Shown: positions 1 to 14,199 of the stretch, piece by piece
How the letters are laid out: the number at the start of each line of letters is the position of its first letter
Numbering within the stretch: position 1 is the stretch's first letter
Origin: Macrostomum lignano
Taxonomy: Eukaryota
DNA length: 50,513 nt
Direction of reading: 5' to 3'
Assembly (NCBI GenBank): GCA_002269645.1
Contig: NIVC01002016.1
Location: forward strand, 162,336-212,848
The notes under the pieces: generated by a model
Seen by the model: the letters and a program-made list of their open reading frames with translations, nothing else
Told to the model about the DNA's origin: nothing
Databases searched by the model: none
Made by a program: the position numbers and the translations under genes

Positions 1-437
1 TGCAATAAGCTTGGATCAGCTTCAATGTGTTCAAGGATGTCCTGGCACACCTGCAGTCGTCGTTCCTTCTGGTCCTCGCTCAGCAACTTTGAACCATCTT
101 GGCACAAATCTTGTGCATCCCAGATCCTCAGTCAGAATCTTATGAACATTGTCATGATTCAAGCTCAACTTGTCTGCAATCAAGCGAACAGTCAGCCGAT
201 GGTCGCTACAAGCAACCTCGCCACTCGCTCCACATTTTCTTCCGTCCTGCTCATTGAAGGTCTTCCACTCCTGGCATTATCCTCAACCTCCTCCCGCCCC
301 TCTTTGAATTGCTTGTGCCATTCAAAAATGCGGGAGCAAGACATGGCTTCAGCCCCATACACTTGCTGCAACAGTTCAAGTGCTTCCAAGGCTGATTTCC
401 CCAATCGAACAAGGAACTTCAGATTGATTCATTGCTC
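1..437 (-). pseudogene. mariner transposase N-terminal HTH region, disrupted
   Basis: EQ*INLKFLVRLGKSALEALELLQQVYG...IFEWHKQFKEGREEVEDNARSGRP, then a frameshift near 200 into DHRLTVRLIADKL...KICAKMVPKLLSEDQKERR (WVPxxL-like motif). In-frame TGA at 429-431. Confidence 0.85.
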
Positions 438-636
438 GGTACTATGGCACAATGGTTGTTAGAGAACTTGCCAAACCTTAATCCTAGCACAAGTTTGCAT
501 AAAAATGTTGATTAGCTGATATTGCAGGACAAAGCACTTGTTATATGCTGCTAAAGCCTACCACAAACCGCTAATTCATAGTGCACCCAGAAGCCAAGCT
601 GTAGGCTCAGTCCTGGAACTTTTCTGACATACCTCA
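1..636 (-). mobile_element. Tc1/mariner DNA transposon, 5' part (runs off the window start), decayed
   Basis: Minus-strand terminus TA|TGAGGTATGTCAGAAAAGTTCCAGGAC (about 610-636, TA at 637-638) is mariner-TIR-like, and mariner transposase N-terminal sequence follows it. Confidence 0.85.
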
Positions 637-1031
637 TAAGTAAACAGTTAAACAAAACAAAGAAAATTTTATCTACTACATCTTAAATTTTTATAAAACA
701 AATTTTAAACATACAGAAAAATACTTCTTTTATTACTGAACAAACAACTCACCTACATTAACGAGAGTATTAATTCTGCTTGATTGATTTTCTATTTGGT
801 TGTGATTATAAATTCAATTAGAGTAAAAATGATTTATGAGCAACATCACATGCTTTATGCTACATGCCAACGCCATGTAGCAGCATACAATTTGCTGTTT
901 GCACTAAGCACATGGCTATATGTTAGTGAAAATGGATCTTGGCCAAGCTATGCGTAATGCAAATATTTATAGGGCCATCCACACAGGAATTTTCACCAAA
1001 AAAAGAAATCTACAAGACTATGGGCCTTTCC

Positions 1032-4000
1032 TACAGATACTATAATAACTAGATAGGCCACTTAACACATATGCTAGCACTCTAATTTTAGTTCATTAGA
1101 AATACAAATAATTTATTGATTTTTTCCATAAAATGTATAATCTTGGTAAATAAAAATATTGTAATGTTATGCAAATAAATTAACTTTTTTAAAAGAGGAT
1201 GAGAATGATATTTTACATTGCCATTATGAGTAAAATGCATATCACAAACAAAAGTAAATGTACAAAAATGAGCAATTCAAAGATACATTTTATTATAAAA
1301 TTAGATGATAAAAGTCATATGAAGTACAAAATAGACACTGGCTAAAAAAAATAAAACAGTATCAAAATTTGTCTTACAAGGCAAATTTTGTCAACAAAAT
1401 TTGGGACCAAATTCCAAAATAGCAGCAAACCATTGATGTAAAAAGTATAGTTAATGCAAATATCTAGTTAAATTTCTTGACTTTTTGCAATGCAGAGTAC
1501 TTAGAATAGACATCTAGGGGCATTCTACCATGGCACTAATGGTGTAAATGCAGACATAAAAATGCTTTAAATAAATGGTCTTGCACTTGTTGGAAATGCA
1601 TTTTACAAGCTAGGAAGGAAATTCCAGATCAAAGAAAATTTGTTTTACTTGGAATACAACTTTTGGCTACACAATGAAGGCTGCTGATTGAGCACTGAAG
1701 ATGGCTTCCATTTTGTTAAAGCTTTGCAATGTAGTTGGCAAAGGCAGTTTTAGACCACTGACTATATAAGAGCATCTTATGCTGTAGATGCATTCTAGTA
1801 GGATTTGTAACAGTCAAAACCAACTTGCAGCTCTGGCATTCTAGAATGCCACTCTTATTGAGCATAAAGCCATCTATGTACTCAGTTGTTTCTTCTAGAA
1901 CTGAATCATCAGCTGGCTGCTCTTGTATTAAGACTTTGGAAATAGTCACATTGCTCCAATCATCAGCCTTTAAATCACTTGTTGCAGATGTGCTAGTCGT
2001 GCTGAGTTTAATGGCTGCATAGTCTGCTATGATTGCATCTACATAGCTGTTGTCTTTGTAGTTTCTGGCTCTGGATCTAGATCTAGATCTGGCTGGGACA
2101 GATTGTAGCTACAGATAGATAGATGCAGTTATCTATTGGCAGCTACAGATTGCAGTGCCCCAACAAACATTGAAATCTCAGGCTTTTTGTTAAAGCCATT
2201 GTGGCCACGGATGATGCAGAATAGATTCTGCAATTCAAGTTTTTTACATGTATTTTACTTTAAATAAAATTTACAACTTAAGATATTTATATTCATACTC
2301 AATGAATATTTTTATAACTAATAATTTACTATAATAATATGGTATATTTGAAGTACATATTATAGCTATAAATAAAATTTCTTTTTGTATTTGTGATTAT
2401 ACAATTTATAAAATGTTTGATTTAAAAAATTGAGGTAACTCACCTTAACATGATCCTGTGTTAGTCTTTGCATGCACAAGAACTTGTTGTGCTCATCTTA
2501 AATCAACACTATGCTTAGCTGCCATATTGCAGAAGTTGACAGAATCAATGCCTCTTTGAATTTAATAGTGACCTTTATTGATTTCCTGCTACTAGGAAGG
2601 AACTGCCAGCTTCCAATGAAGGCTTTGATGCTGCGCAACTTGACAATCTTTTCTTCAAGCAAATTTGATATGATTGGCTGCTTAAATTCTTTGTCAAAAA
2701 TGTGCATTAAATTCAACAAGTTGAATGCATCATTAACTCTCTGCACAAAATCTGCTATCTGCAAGGCATCAATATTCAATAGGCAGTTCCTGATGCACTA
2801 GTGTCTTGATTTTGCTAGCAACCAAGTGACTAAAGATCAGAGTGGCTAGGTAGACTTTCATTTTCTGGCCCAATTGGAGGTTGAAGTGTGCATCACTCAG
2901 CTAACTCGCCAGTCTAAATGATCAGCTGCTGTCCCTTTTGTAGAAGTTGACCAAAGTCTTGCCATCTTGCTTGCTTGTCTCTATCAAAATGATGTTGTTC
3001 TTAATGAGGGTATTGCACACATTCTTTAGGCAGTGTGGGATTGATGATCACAAATATGGGTTTTTGTGTCACAGGATAGTTTAGAAATGGAGCTGTAGGA
3101 GTTACCTAAACAAATAAAAAGTTCCAAGGCCTTAAATAAACAAAATGTTTACTAGCACAAACTGATTTTTTTTGAAGACTTGAAGTTTCAAATCAAAAAA
3201 TAGCAATAGAATTTTAGTACAAAATAAATTATTTTATATTTTCAAACTTTGTTTTAATTTTTATAAGGCATTATATCATTTAAGTACTCAACTCACCAGT
3301 TTGGGATAGGCCTTTTGCAGAGCAAAGGCACTCGTCTATTGCAGACTTGAATTGAAGCTGACCAAAGGTTCTATGTACTTGATAGTATGCAATTAGTTGC
3401 TTCCAGTTGCTCCAGATTCCACTAAGAATAGCAACAACTGCTTTGTTTATGGATCTTTGAAGATTTTGCTCAAGGTCATTAGCAAGGTCATAGCCTACAA
3501 CTTAGTCACCATGGTGGTTGTAGCAGATGCTAGCTAATAAACTCATGCGATCCAAGCAAAGGGTTGCTAGTTGCTATGGCTTGGGGTCATTAGCAAGCTT
3601 TTCATGCAACAGTTTGATTGTTTTCTGGCAGACTCCAGGGGATGAAAAGAACTGGCAGGTTGACTGCTTCAACAATATCTTAGATAGAAGTAGAAACTTC
3701 ACTTGTTGCTCAACATTTGGTAGGCAGCTAGGCTCTTGTAGTGTAGCTAGATGGATTTGGAATTTTTTTGACCATCGTATTCCACGGGAATCAAGAAACT
3801 GCTGCTTATACTACTCTGAATTTTATCTTACATTTTTTTTTCATTTTTAATGAAGAAATCTGTATGATATCTTATATTAATAAAGTAAAGCAGGCACTTT
3901 AAGTCGAGAAAACAAACAGAGCTTGTCTTGTATTTGCTAAATCTAGTCAGTTTATAGTATCTGTGGTGGGCCAATAAGCTAGATGATTGAGATCTTATCT

Positions 4001-4368
4001 TAATTCTTTCCTCACTTCCTATTTGCTTATATAGCGACCCTTATACCCCCCACTCTAATTTTGCATGCCTATATAGATATTACCCTTTACAGTTAACCCC
4101 CACCCTTTTTATTTCCTCACCAAGTGCTCTCTTGTTGATTGCTATATATTCATACATTTTAGTGGCATTAGCCAATGTACATTTAGCTGAACCAATTAAG
4201 TTGTTTGCATGTCTGCATGCTCCACTTGTAAACTATACCAGCCATATAAACTGTTGTTATACATAATATAGCTGATGAATTCTTTATTTGCTATTGAACT
4301 AAAAGTAGAAAAATAAAAAACCAAGGACATTTGCCTAAGTGGCCTATCTAGCTATTATAGTTTCTGTG
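1032..4368 (-). mobile_element. Full-length decayed P-superfamily DNA transposon
   Basis: Terminal inverted repeats of about 33 bp (TACAGATACTATAATAACTAGATAGGCCACTTA at 1032; reverse-complement CACAGAAACTATAATAGCTAGATAGGCCACTTA ending at 4368). Perfect 8-bp TSD GCCTTTCC at 1024-1031 and 4369-4376. Internal P-type transposase remnants. Confidence 0.9.
1520..3843 (-). pseudogene. P-element (THAP9-like) transposase pseudogene with two spliceosomal introns (2228-2443, 3106-3296)
   Basis: Motifs across shifted frames: LCLDRMSL...GIWSNWKQLIAYY; PHCLKNV; QKMKVYLATLIFSHLVA; ADFVQRVNDAFNLLN. RLTQDHVK|NLFCIIRGHNGFN is restored by removing the GT..AG intron 2443-2228. Many stops and frameshifts; outer limits approximate. 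Confidence 0.85.
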
Positions 4369-5871
4369 GCCTTTCCTAAATATAAAGAACTAGTAGTATA
4401 GCTAGGGAGGGATATAGGGATATATCCCCCCCCATTTTGATGATTTATGAGAAACAAAAATAAGGTTTTTTGAAGAAAAAAAGCAAAATAAGTGGCTTAG
4501 ACTTAGCAAAATTGCCAAAAATGGTCTATTTCATTTATAAATTACTAAGAGAATGTTTTAAATGATATTTCCGCAAATCCCTAGTTCCTAAAATGCTCTA
4601 ATCAGGATAGATGTCTGCCAGTTTTATTCTGATTTTAACAAAGTAAAGTAAAGTGTAACAGAAAAAACTTTTGTGATGTCTTAATTTATAGTCCAATTTG
4701 TTTTAAAGTGTAAGGCTACTAGGCATTATAATATATGTTTTAGGGAAACCTAGTACATGTTTTAAAGAGATTGATTGTTGCAGTGCCTCAACTTGCAACC
4801 TTCTTTCTTAGGATTTATTGGCGCATACTTAGTGGATTTAATCCAACCTTCCTATGTGTAGTATGCAAAGCAAAAAAATTCTGGTGCATATGCATGGTGC
4901 ATATTTAGGACTATGGATTATTGTAAAAAATGGACCAAGTTCCTATTATTGATATAGATTGGAATTTTTATGAAAACAACTATTATTTATATTCTCTGAT
5001 AGCCAAAACTTTTCATTGCATCTAGCTAATTTGACAATCTTTATCAAGTAAGATAAAGATTTAGTATATTTAGATTAAAGCCAAAGGTAGTTATGATGCA
5101 ATCTTAATTAAAACATTAGAACCTAACTAGCCAAAGGAATATTATGCATAGTTGATCATTGCTAATAAAAGGTAAATAGGATGATAAATTTTAGAGATGT
5201 TCTGGAATTTCAATTTCAATTTTCTAAATTTTGGGATTTTTAAAAGCAAATTTTGATTTAAAAAATTAAAAAGTAAAAATTTTGAAAGTTTCTAGTTTTT
5301 GCATGCATTTTTTATCTAATTTCAATATTATTGGTACTTTGTTATTGTCCTGTAAATCAGTGATATTATTATGATTTTTTAAAGTATTTGAATTTGTTAA
5401 AACTGTTATATACATGTAGCATGTTTGTGGAACTATAAATTTTCTTAAATTTTGTAAAACTTAAATTTAAAAAGCTATAAAAGTGTTTGCTAATATATTG
5501 TATATTTTGCGCATACTATTGTTCAAAAGATACATATACATATATGGTTTACAAGATCACATTTATTGTTAGTCAAAGCATCTTTCTAGCTATAGATATA
5601 GCTATACCATGCTGAGTTTGTGTTAGCATGTGTCATGACAAAGTTAACTTTGGAATTCTAAATTTAGACCTTAGAAGATGTCAATTTGGCTATTTATTTT
5701 TTTCTAAGCTTGATGTCATTTAGTTTAAGATCTGTATTTGCTATGATTCATATTTCATTTAGCACCAATGATATGAATCAAATTTCAAATTTAAACAATC
5801 TGTAAGTGTTGAGTCTGTAGACTTGCAACTTCTGCGAGAATAGCATAGAGATGTTGGTATTTTATTTCTAA

Positions 5872-7439
<1,568 letters not shown>

Positions 7440-7962
7440 ATGTTCAGCGCAGGTAAACTTCTCGTTAATAATGAGTAAACGAGAGAAGGTAATTAATAAT
7501 AAAAACAATATTTGCCTACTAAAGTCTATTTATAATAAAAATTATAATAAGTAGTATAGGCGAATAATCTGTGAGAAAACCTTGATTTTTGCATAAGCAT
7601 ACCCTACTGTTTTGGTGTTGACTCACCTACCTGCGACTGAGTGATTGGCTGACTTCTGCCTACGTGTCTAACATTGTCATTGCTTTATTTGTGTCTCTCT
7701 TAATCCATAGAATACTTTGTTGATCATATTAATTTTATTGATCCTTTGTTCTCTCTTTTTGCAAATTGAGTTTCATTTAACATTTTGCTTGTTTCCGGGG
7801 GGGGGGATAATTGGCCTGTGGGGGTAGTCGGCAGTCTTTCTCCCCGCCAAATTCTCCCAACACGTCACCAAGCTGTCGTTTTACATTTCAGCAGTGTTGA
7901 CCTGCCATGATTTATTTTTGGACATGCTGAATGTTTAATATATTTAACTTACCTTAGTATAT

Positions 7963-8145
7963 CAGGGGTCGGCAAACTCTGTCGCCCGCGAAGCCTCTCT
8001 ATCCGGCCCTCGGGTCCTTTGAAACCTCACAATGATCTACCCTCCTCTCGCCTCTCCTCTCACCTCTCCCTATCTCTTCTCATTTGGTCATGCGCTAGCT
8101 TCTATATCTGGCCGGTTAAGTTAAAAGAGAGTCTGCCGACCCCCG
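7963..8145. mobile_element. hAT/Charlie-like MITE
   Basis: Termini CAGGGGTCGGCAAACT and AGTCTGCCGACCCCCG; Charlie-like subterminal CGCCCGCG...CCGGCCC. TSD not cleanly preserved. Confidence 0.7.
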
Positions 8146-10180
8146 ATCTATAAATCATTATTCTTTGTCCCCAAAGTGAGTGAGAGCGCTTATTGTTAAT
8201 TTGTTGAGTTATCATTTAATTTTTGCACCTAATCTACGAGTATATAATTAGTTAAGCGGGTTTTTAGAATTGTTGCTTATCCAGCCCCGATTTTGTTGTC
8301 TGTACTTTTCGCTGTTGCTTTTTTCCTCTGTCTCATAGTTTTCTCTTTTTGTTACAATTGGTGATTGTCCCGGGGCAATAGGCTTATTTATTACTCTGTA
8401 TGTACCTCTTTCCATTAGTTAGTACGTTATTATTGCTTCGGTATAAAACTTGCATAATGTCTTTATTATATGGTAGAGACTTCAGTGAGTTGCGTCATTT
8501 TGGCATTCTTCCAAAATCGATATATGCTATTGTTCATTGTATAATTAGAAAAGATTCGGGCAGTCTCAGACTTAGTAGATGTCCTTGAACTGTTTAGTCG
8601 TCGTGGACTTATGCAATTTTTTATTGTCCTGTTGCTTTATCTATATCTGCTATGCTGCTGCTCTTTTCTCTGTCTATCTGGTTATTTGCTCCCCCACAAT
8701 GAACGGAATGGGTTGAATCAAATTTTTATTGCCAGTCTGGTCTGCTTCCCGAGCCTTGCTCTCCCTCTCTCTTTCTCTCTATCTCTCTCTCTGTCCTTTG
8801 CTCTAACTATTGTTGAAGTAATCAATAAATGCCAATTTAATAAAGACTTGCACAACAAACTGGGATTTTGCTCGTGGAATTGTCGTCCGAATGTGTCGAA
8901 ATAAAAAAAACTATAAGAAAAGTAATGGACTTTATGCGCGAGTTTAGTTGTTCTTCTAATTTTCCGGAAGGGTCAGCTATGCAGCCTCGTGGAAGCGGCG
9001 GTATTGCTGAAATTTGGGGTTCGCAAAGTCAAGCATGAGTTTTTTGATTCCGCTGTCTAGCGCCCCGAGTAGTTCAGTTCACAGATCGATTCTGTAGGAA
9101 GAGCGGGAAATCCGCTTAGCGCTCTAGACTGACTGGAGAACAGAACTGCTGTGGGATCGATATTTTTTCTTTCAAAAAAATCCCTGTACTCACTGCATGC
9201 ACCAATTGGTAGATTGCAACTGCTGCATTGACGTGCTGCACTCAAAGTGACGACGAATGGGGCAAATCATTTCTAGCTTATGGCTATGCACACTCCGCTA
9301 GCTTGTCACTACTATAGCTGTATGAGAGATGTCCGTCCGGTTTTATCGAAGTTTAACCAAAGTGCTTTGACTTGACGTGTACGGTGGCCCTGACTTTCTA
9401 ATCGTCAGGTGTGTACACTCTCTGTGCTTTGGTGTTTGACCCTCTTGGGTGTGAATCAAGGTCCCAAATGAATGTCCTCATGCAAAGCGCACGGAATCGA
9501 ACTAGGGGCTCATGCATAACAGTCAAGTGCATAAGTTGCAAAGTATTCATTACTTGCTTGCAGGGGCGCTAAAAATGACACTTTAGTCTGCAGATCTGGC
9601 AGCGCTGTACGCATACGGAGTCGCGAGTTTACATGTAAGTCGGATGGGAGTAGGCCGACGCGTGTTGTTATTCATCAGAACTTACTGAAGAGTACATGTA
9701 AGTAGCAAGCAACGAATGTTGAAGGAAGTTTTTTGCTTGTGCAAAAAAGCTAGTTATACGGGCTATATAGAATTCTTTAAAGATTTGTCTGAGCCCATCA
9801 CAGTTAACAATTGTTAATAGGTAAGATAAGAACTCAGACAGCGGTCCTGGGCTATCGCAAGTTCGAATCTCACTTTCGGGCACACAGTATAGAAGCTGAT
9901 GTGAACTACAAGTTTTTTAAGACTGCAACGGTCAGCAAGCAGTACGCTTTCATGCTTCGCAAACTGTTTTGATTGTTTGCGTTTTTGATTAAATTTTGCA
10001 TGTGCCAATTTATTCAAACAGTTTGTTTCGCCTGTAGCAATGAGAGTCTGTTTCTATATCGAAAACTTATTAAGAAAATAAAAAGAAGAGCAGTTTATTT
10101 GCAAGGCCATAAAACTAGCAGAGAAACGAGAAGTCGTGCGTGCTACTTTATCGGTGACTTCGACTGCTAATTGCATGTTA

Positions 10181-13179
10181 TTAATTTACAACGTCGTGCT
10201 GCTGCGAATCGGCCGGCTCCAGATGTCGGTAGAACGCCATCAGCTGCTTGTCAAGATGTTCCGGCAGCGGACCATTGTGCTTGTCGTCCTTCGCCGACCG
10301 GGGCTCGCCGTCCGGTGGCCGCAGGAAGGCGTCGATATCGTCGACAACGTCCCCGCGCCGCATGCGCTCGAGAGCGGACCGCAGCTCCAGCAGCTTGGCC
10401 CGCCGGTGATAGCGCCGCCAGCGTTGGATAGCCCGCCAGGCGCACTCGAACAGCGAATCGGCAACAAAACTGCGCTGCAACTCGGCGATGTCCCGGTCGA
10501 TGGTCTCCCGACTGCGCTGCGGCACAAACGGCAGTGCCCGGTAGAGCCGCTTCCAGTCACGCTCAATTTTGTGCGCCACAAGCAAACAGACCTGATCGAA
10601 TGCGCTGCCGGCTAAAATTGAGTAAATGAAAATATTTATTAGCTGATTTTTTTAGCTAAATTGTCAACAGCTGTTCAAAATTACCATTTATTTCAGCCGT
10701 TTCCGAACGACGCATTCTTTTGTCGCCTGAAAAAAAGATTATTTGGAAGCATTCGTAAAGAGCAAAGTGTAAGTTGCTAAAGCTCGAGTGGAAGTGCTCG
10801 GTTTGTCAAATGTAAGAAGCGAATTGATGGCAACTCTTCCCCACCGGGCATCAACTAAAACGAAACAAAACGGACATTAACAATAGTTGAACTTTGAATA
10901 CTCCAAGGATACCCTTAAAAAGATACATTTTCAGTCAGACCAGTTGACTAGAGACGCCCAGACATCCCCATCCAGGTTCCTCACTTAAGCTCCCAGGGGA
11001 CATGCGCTCGTGGAGTTTTGATTCCAATCGCTTTTGGTCTGAAGCTTTACTTCGAGCTTTATTCTGGTGCTTAAGTTGACATCCCCAACCGACTAACCAC
11101 AAGCAAACAGACCTGAGCGATATGAATTACGCTATAAACGCTCAATCGCCGGCGGCGGGCCCCCGACCGCTTTGTTCCGTGACCGACCATCACGTGTCAT
11201 TGTTTGAAATGTTACGACATGCTAAACAGCCTCTGATAACACTATAGCGTATGTTCTCGCCTCGGCTCCTTGACAACAAAGTATTAGGAAATCTTCTTAC
11301 TGTTCGTATCAATGTTCACGTCACTCCCGTTACAGGGGGACATGACGTAGCCCCAGTCAAAGCTTGTCACACTAGTATATAGTCTATGGCTATATCTCCC
11401 ACTCTACAGTTCCCTCGGTCGCATACCATCGTTAATATCCACCGCTCTGTCTTTTAATCTTATACTAATATGCTTGCTCATCTTTGATCTTAAGCACTGA
11501 AATACATTAGTATGTATTAGTATGTATATACATTAGCTAATCCGTTGTTCCGGTCACCACATTTTGGTCTGAAGCTTTACTTCGAGCTTTATTCTGGTGC
11601 TTAAGTTGACATCCCCAACCGACTAACCAACTGTGTTTGCAGTTGACGATGCATTCGCATGGTGCCCAAACGGAGTTGCGGAGGGAATCTCTCCGCCTCT
11701 TGACGACAACTGAGAAGGGCCGCTGCCTGGCGCAGACTGGCTCTTCCCACCGTTTGCGTTCATGGACTGCTGCTGCTGCGTAGATTTCTGTTGCTCCTTT
11801 TCCAGACCGTCGAGCGGCAGGCCGAAGAAGATTCTCTCTGGCGTTTCTGCACTCATCTTCAATCGGTAAATTTCGGCGCAGCGTTCAAGCGTTTGCTCCG
11901 CCTTCTGCAGTTGTGCGCCAGCGTCAGAACCTCGGCACGCAGCTTCGTCATCAGTGCCTCCGTGTCGTTGAGCGCCGTAGTAACTTCGGCGAAGCGTTTC
12001 TGCTTTTCCTCGATGACAACTAGCTTGGAGCGCAGGCTGACCAGCTTCCGCTCCATCTGCGGCATGTCCGACCGGAGCCTTCGAAGCTGCTCTGTTAGGC
12101 TGGACAGCTCCGCGTCCATTGCGGCCGCATTCGAGGCGCTGGTGCTTTCTTTGACCTCTCGGCGTAGCTCCTCCTTGCGAAATTCCTTGATCTCGAGGTC
12201 CAACTTGGCATTTCCCAGATCCTGTTGGAGCTGCTCTTCTTCAAAAAGCAATTCAGCCTCTCTGTCTGCCATCGCTTGAAGCTCGACGTGAAGCTTTGCC
12301 TTTTCCGATTGCAGAGATTTGCTGCGGTACTGCGCCATATGCAGCTGGTGTCGCTGCGCTTTCGCCAGTTTTTCCAGCTCCACTCGATTCTTGTCCAGCG
12401 TTCGACAAGTCGATCTTCAGTCTCACCGGGTAGTTCCTGTCCGAGCTGATCCAATCAACCAGAGAGTCCAGGCTTGCGCGCAGGTTCTCGCAGGCGTCAG
12501 CGAACAGACCGAGGAACGGCGCCGAGGAAGCGTCTGCCCGGCGCAGGAGATCGGTTGCGCCTCGCGCTAGCCGGCTGACGCTGAGGGACTCGTGCAGGAA
12601 TAGGTGGGAATTGTACAGCACTGCTTTTGCCCTCTCGGCAGCCTGATTTGCCCAGGTACGACGGCTAAGCATGTACTTCTGAGCCGTGTCGATTTGGTAC
12701 GGAGAGTCGCTGCTATGAAATGACAGAAGGTATTTTTCGCACAGACTGTGCACGCGTCCCAGCTTGTCCATGACTAGAGTGAAGCGTCCTGGCATGAAAG
12801 CTAATAGTTTGTTCTGCAGCTGGCAAAGCTGAGCGCACGTGTCCGGCCCGACCGGTGTCAGGCCCGGGTACATCTCCTTCACGTCGGGGTTGCGGGACAG
12901 GAAGATGACTGATTGAATCTGGCGCAGGGAGTTGAGCTCAGCCAGATTGTGGCAGCGCATGGCCTCGCGAACCACCGGCATCCAGCGGGAAACGAATTCC
13001 AGGGAGCTGGCATCCTCGTAGAACTCCTTGTCGAGCAGGCCGAGCTCCTTACGAATAACACGCACCTCGTCAAGCAACGCGGCGTACAACTGCTGAGCAT
13101 TCTTCGGCGGACTAGTGAGCATAGAGTCGACTGTCGCCTTGGCAGCCGTTTTATCGTCTCCGCCGCGTCTTTCCACCAT
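10181..13179 (-). CDS. Long coiled-coil protein with C-terminal death domain (about 660 aa after repair); exons 13179-11628 (frameshifts near 12401 and 11915) and 10611-10181
   Basis: Three consecutive ORFs join after +1 and -1 shifts. The phase-1 donor G|gttagt (11627) fits the acceptor tag|CC (10612), giving TVAGSAFDQVCLLVAHKIERDWKRLYRALPF...AIQRWRRYH...LERMRRGDVV, a death-domain pattern. Confidence 0.75.
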
Positions 13180-14199
13180 GGCGCCGATGACTGGTGGCCA
13201 AGCGGGAAAACGGAAGCAGAAAATTTTTCAGCGTCTTTTCGGATCCGAGGTTTAGGATATTATAGTTGTTTTTGAAAAAAGAGCCATACTTATCTTACTT
13301 TCCAATAGTGCCTTGTTACAAGAGATAGCTATACGCCTTTTTTATCCTGAGTCCTCAGCCCAAATAAGCATAGCTATGGAAAATTCTATCGTCTCTGCCA
13401 ATCCTAAGCCAGCGCTAAGACCGTCCATTTGTGAGCAGTGGAGTGGCGCACACTTGGATACCATGCATAAATAATTCAAAATGGCTCTGGCTCATCGGAG
13501 TTTTTCTGTACATTGCGGATGATCTCACTGCACTGAGCGGACTACTACCGGTATATTTGACAATGGACCTATGGCTGCATGGATACTCAAGCGAGAAGTC
13601 TCAAGTTGCCTAGGCTACGCGGCCTCGCAACAACTGCAGAATAGTGATTTGCGTCTAATTCCGTATTTCTCACGCGTATTGAGGAAGAGTCAAAGCTGAT
13701 GAACTGATGAATATTGTTTTTTATGCATGCAAGTGTTGCTGCTGTTGAAAAGGGCTGTGGTCCGGTGGTCCGGACGGGCGTAACAAACGCGGGGGTCCAG
13801 TGGGAACCGCTTTCTGGGCCAGTGGTTTGGTTGGACGGTACAGGGTCTGCCGGGATCCGGATAGGGCTGCTGAGGTGCCGACAAGATCAGGCTGGAGCAC
13901 GCCAAGAGTTGCCGGACAAACGGGGGTTAATCTCTGCTAACCCAGACAGGACTTGTTTATCACCGCTGAGAGGTTCAGATAAAGTTAGCCTTAGACAGGC
14001 GGGTTCCGGGTTTGTGAAATCCAGGAGTGCAGAAAAAGCATGATATTGGGTATATCGTTGTGGGAACCGCCGATTCTTTTGCATCTTCTTCTCTAGACCA
14101 AAGTTTAGAGCCTATAGAGCGTCGGATATGATGGTTGAAATTAAGAATAGAGACGATGAAGCGAGGTTTTTGCCTGCATATTGGATGGACAGCGACAAC

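Noticed and set aside
9057-9245. Short minus-strand ORF with CxxC (CSSCNLPI), LIM-like
   Set aside because: The remaining LIM ligands and spacing are absent; no supported exon structure.
9855-9880. GTTCGAATC T-loop/B-box-like motif suggesting a tRNA or SINE
   Set aside because: Flanks do not form a T stem, and no cloverleaf or A box is evident.
10136-10615. Plus-strand 159-aa ORF and other overlapping ORFs
   Set aside because: Antisense shadows of the GC-rich death-domain exon. The same applies to ORFs opposite 11600-13200, 28484-30023 and gag-pol.
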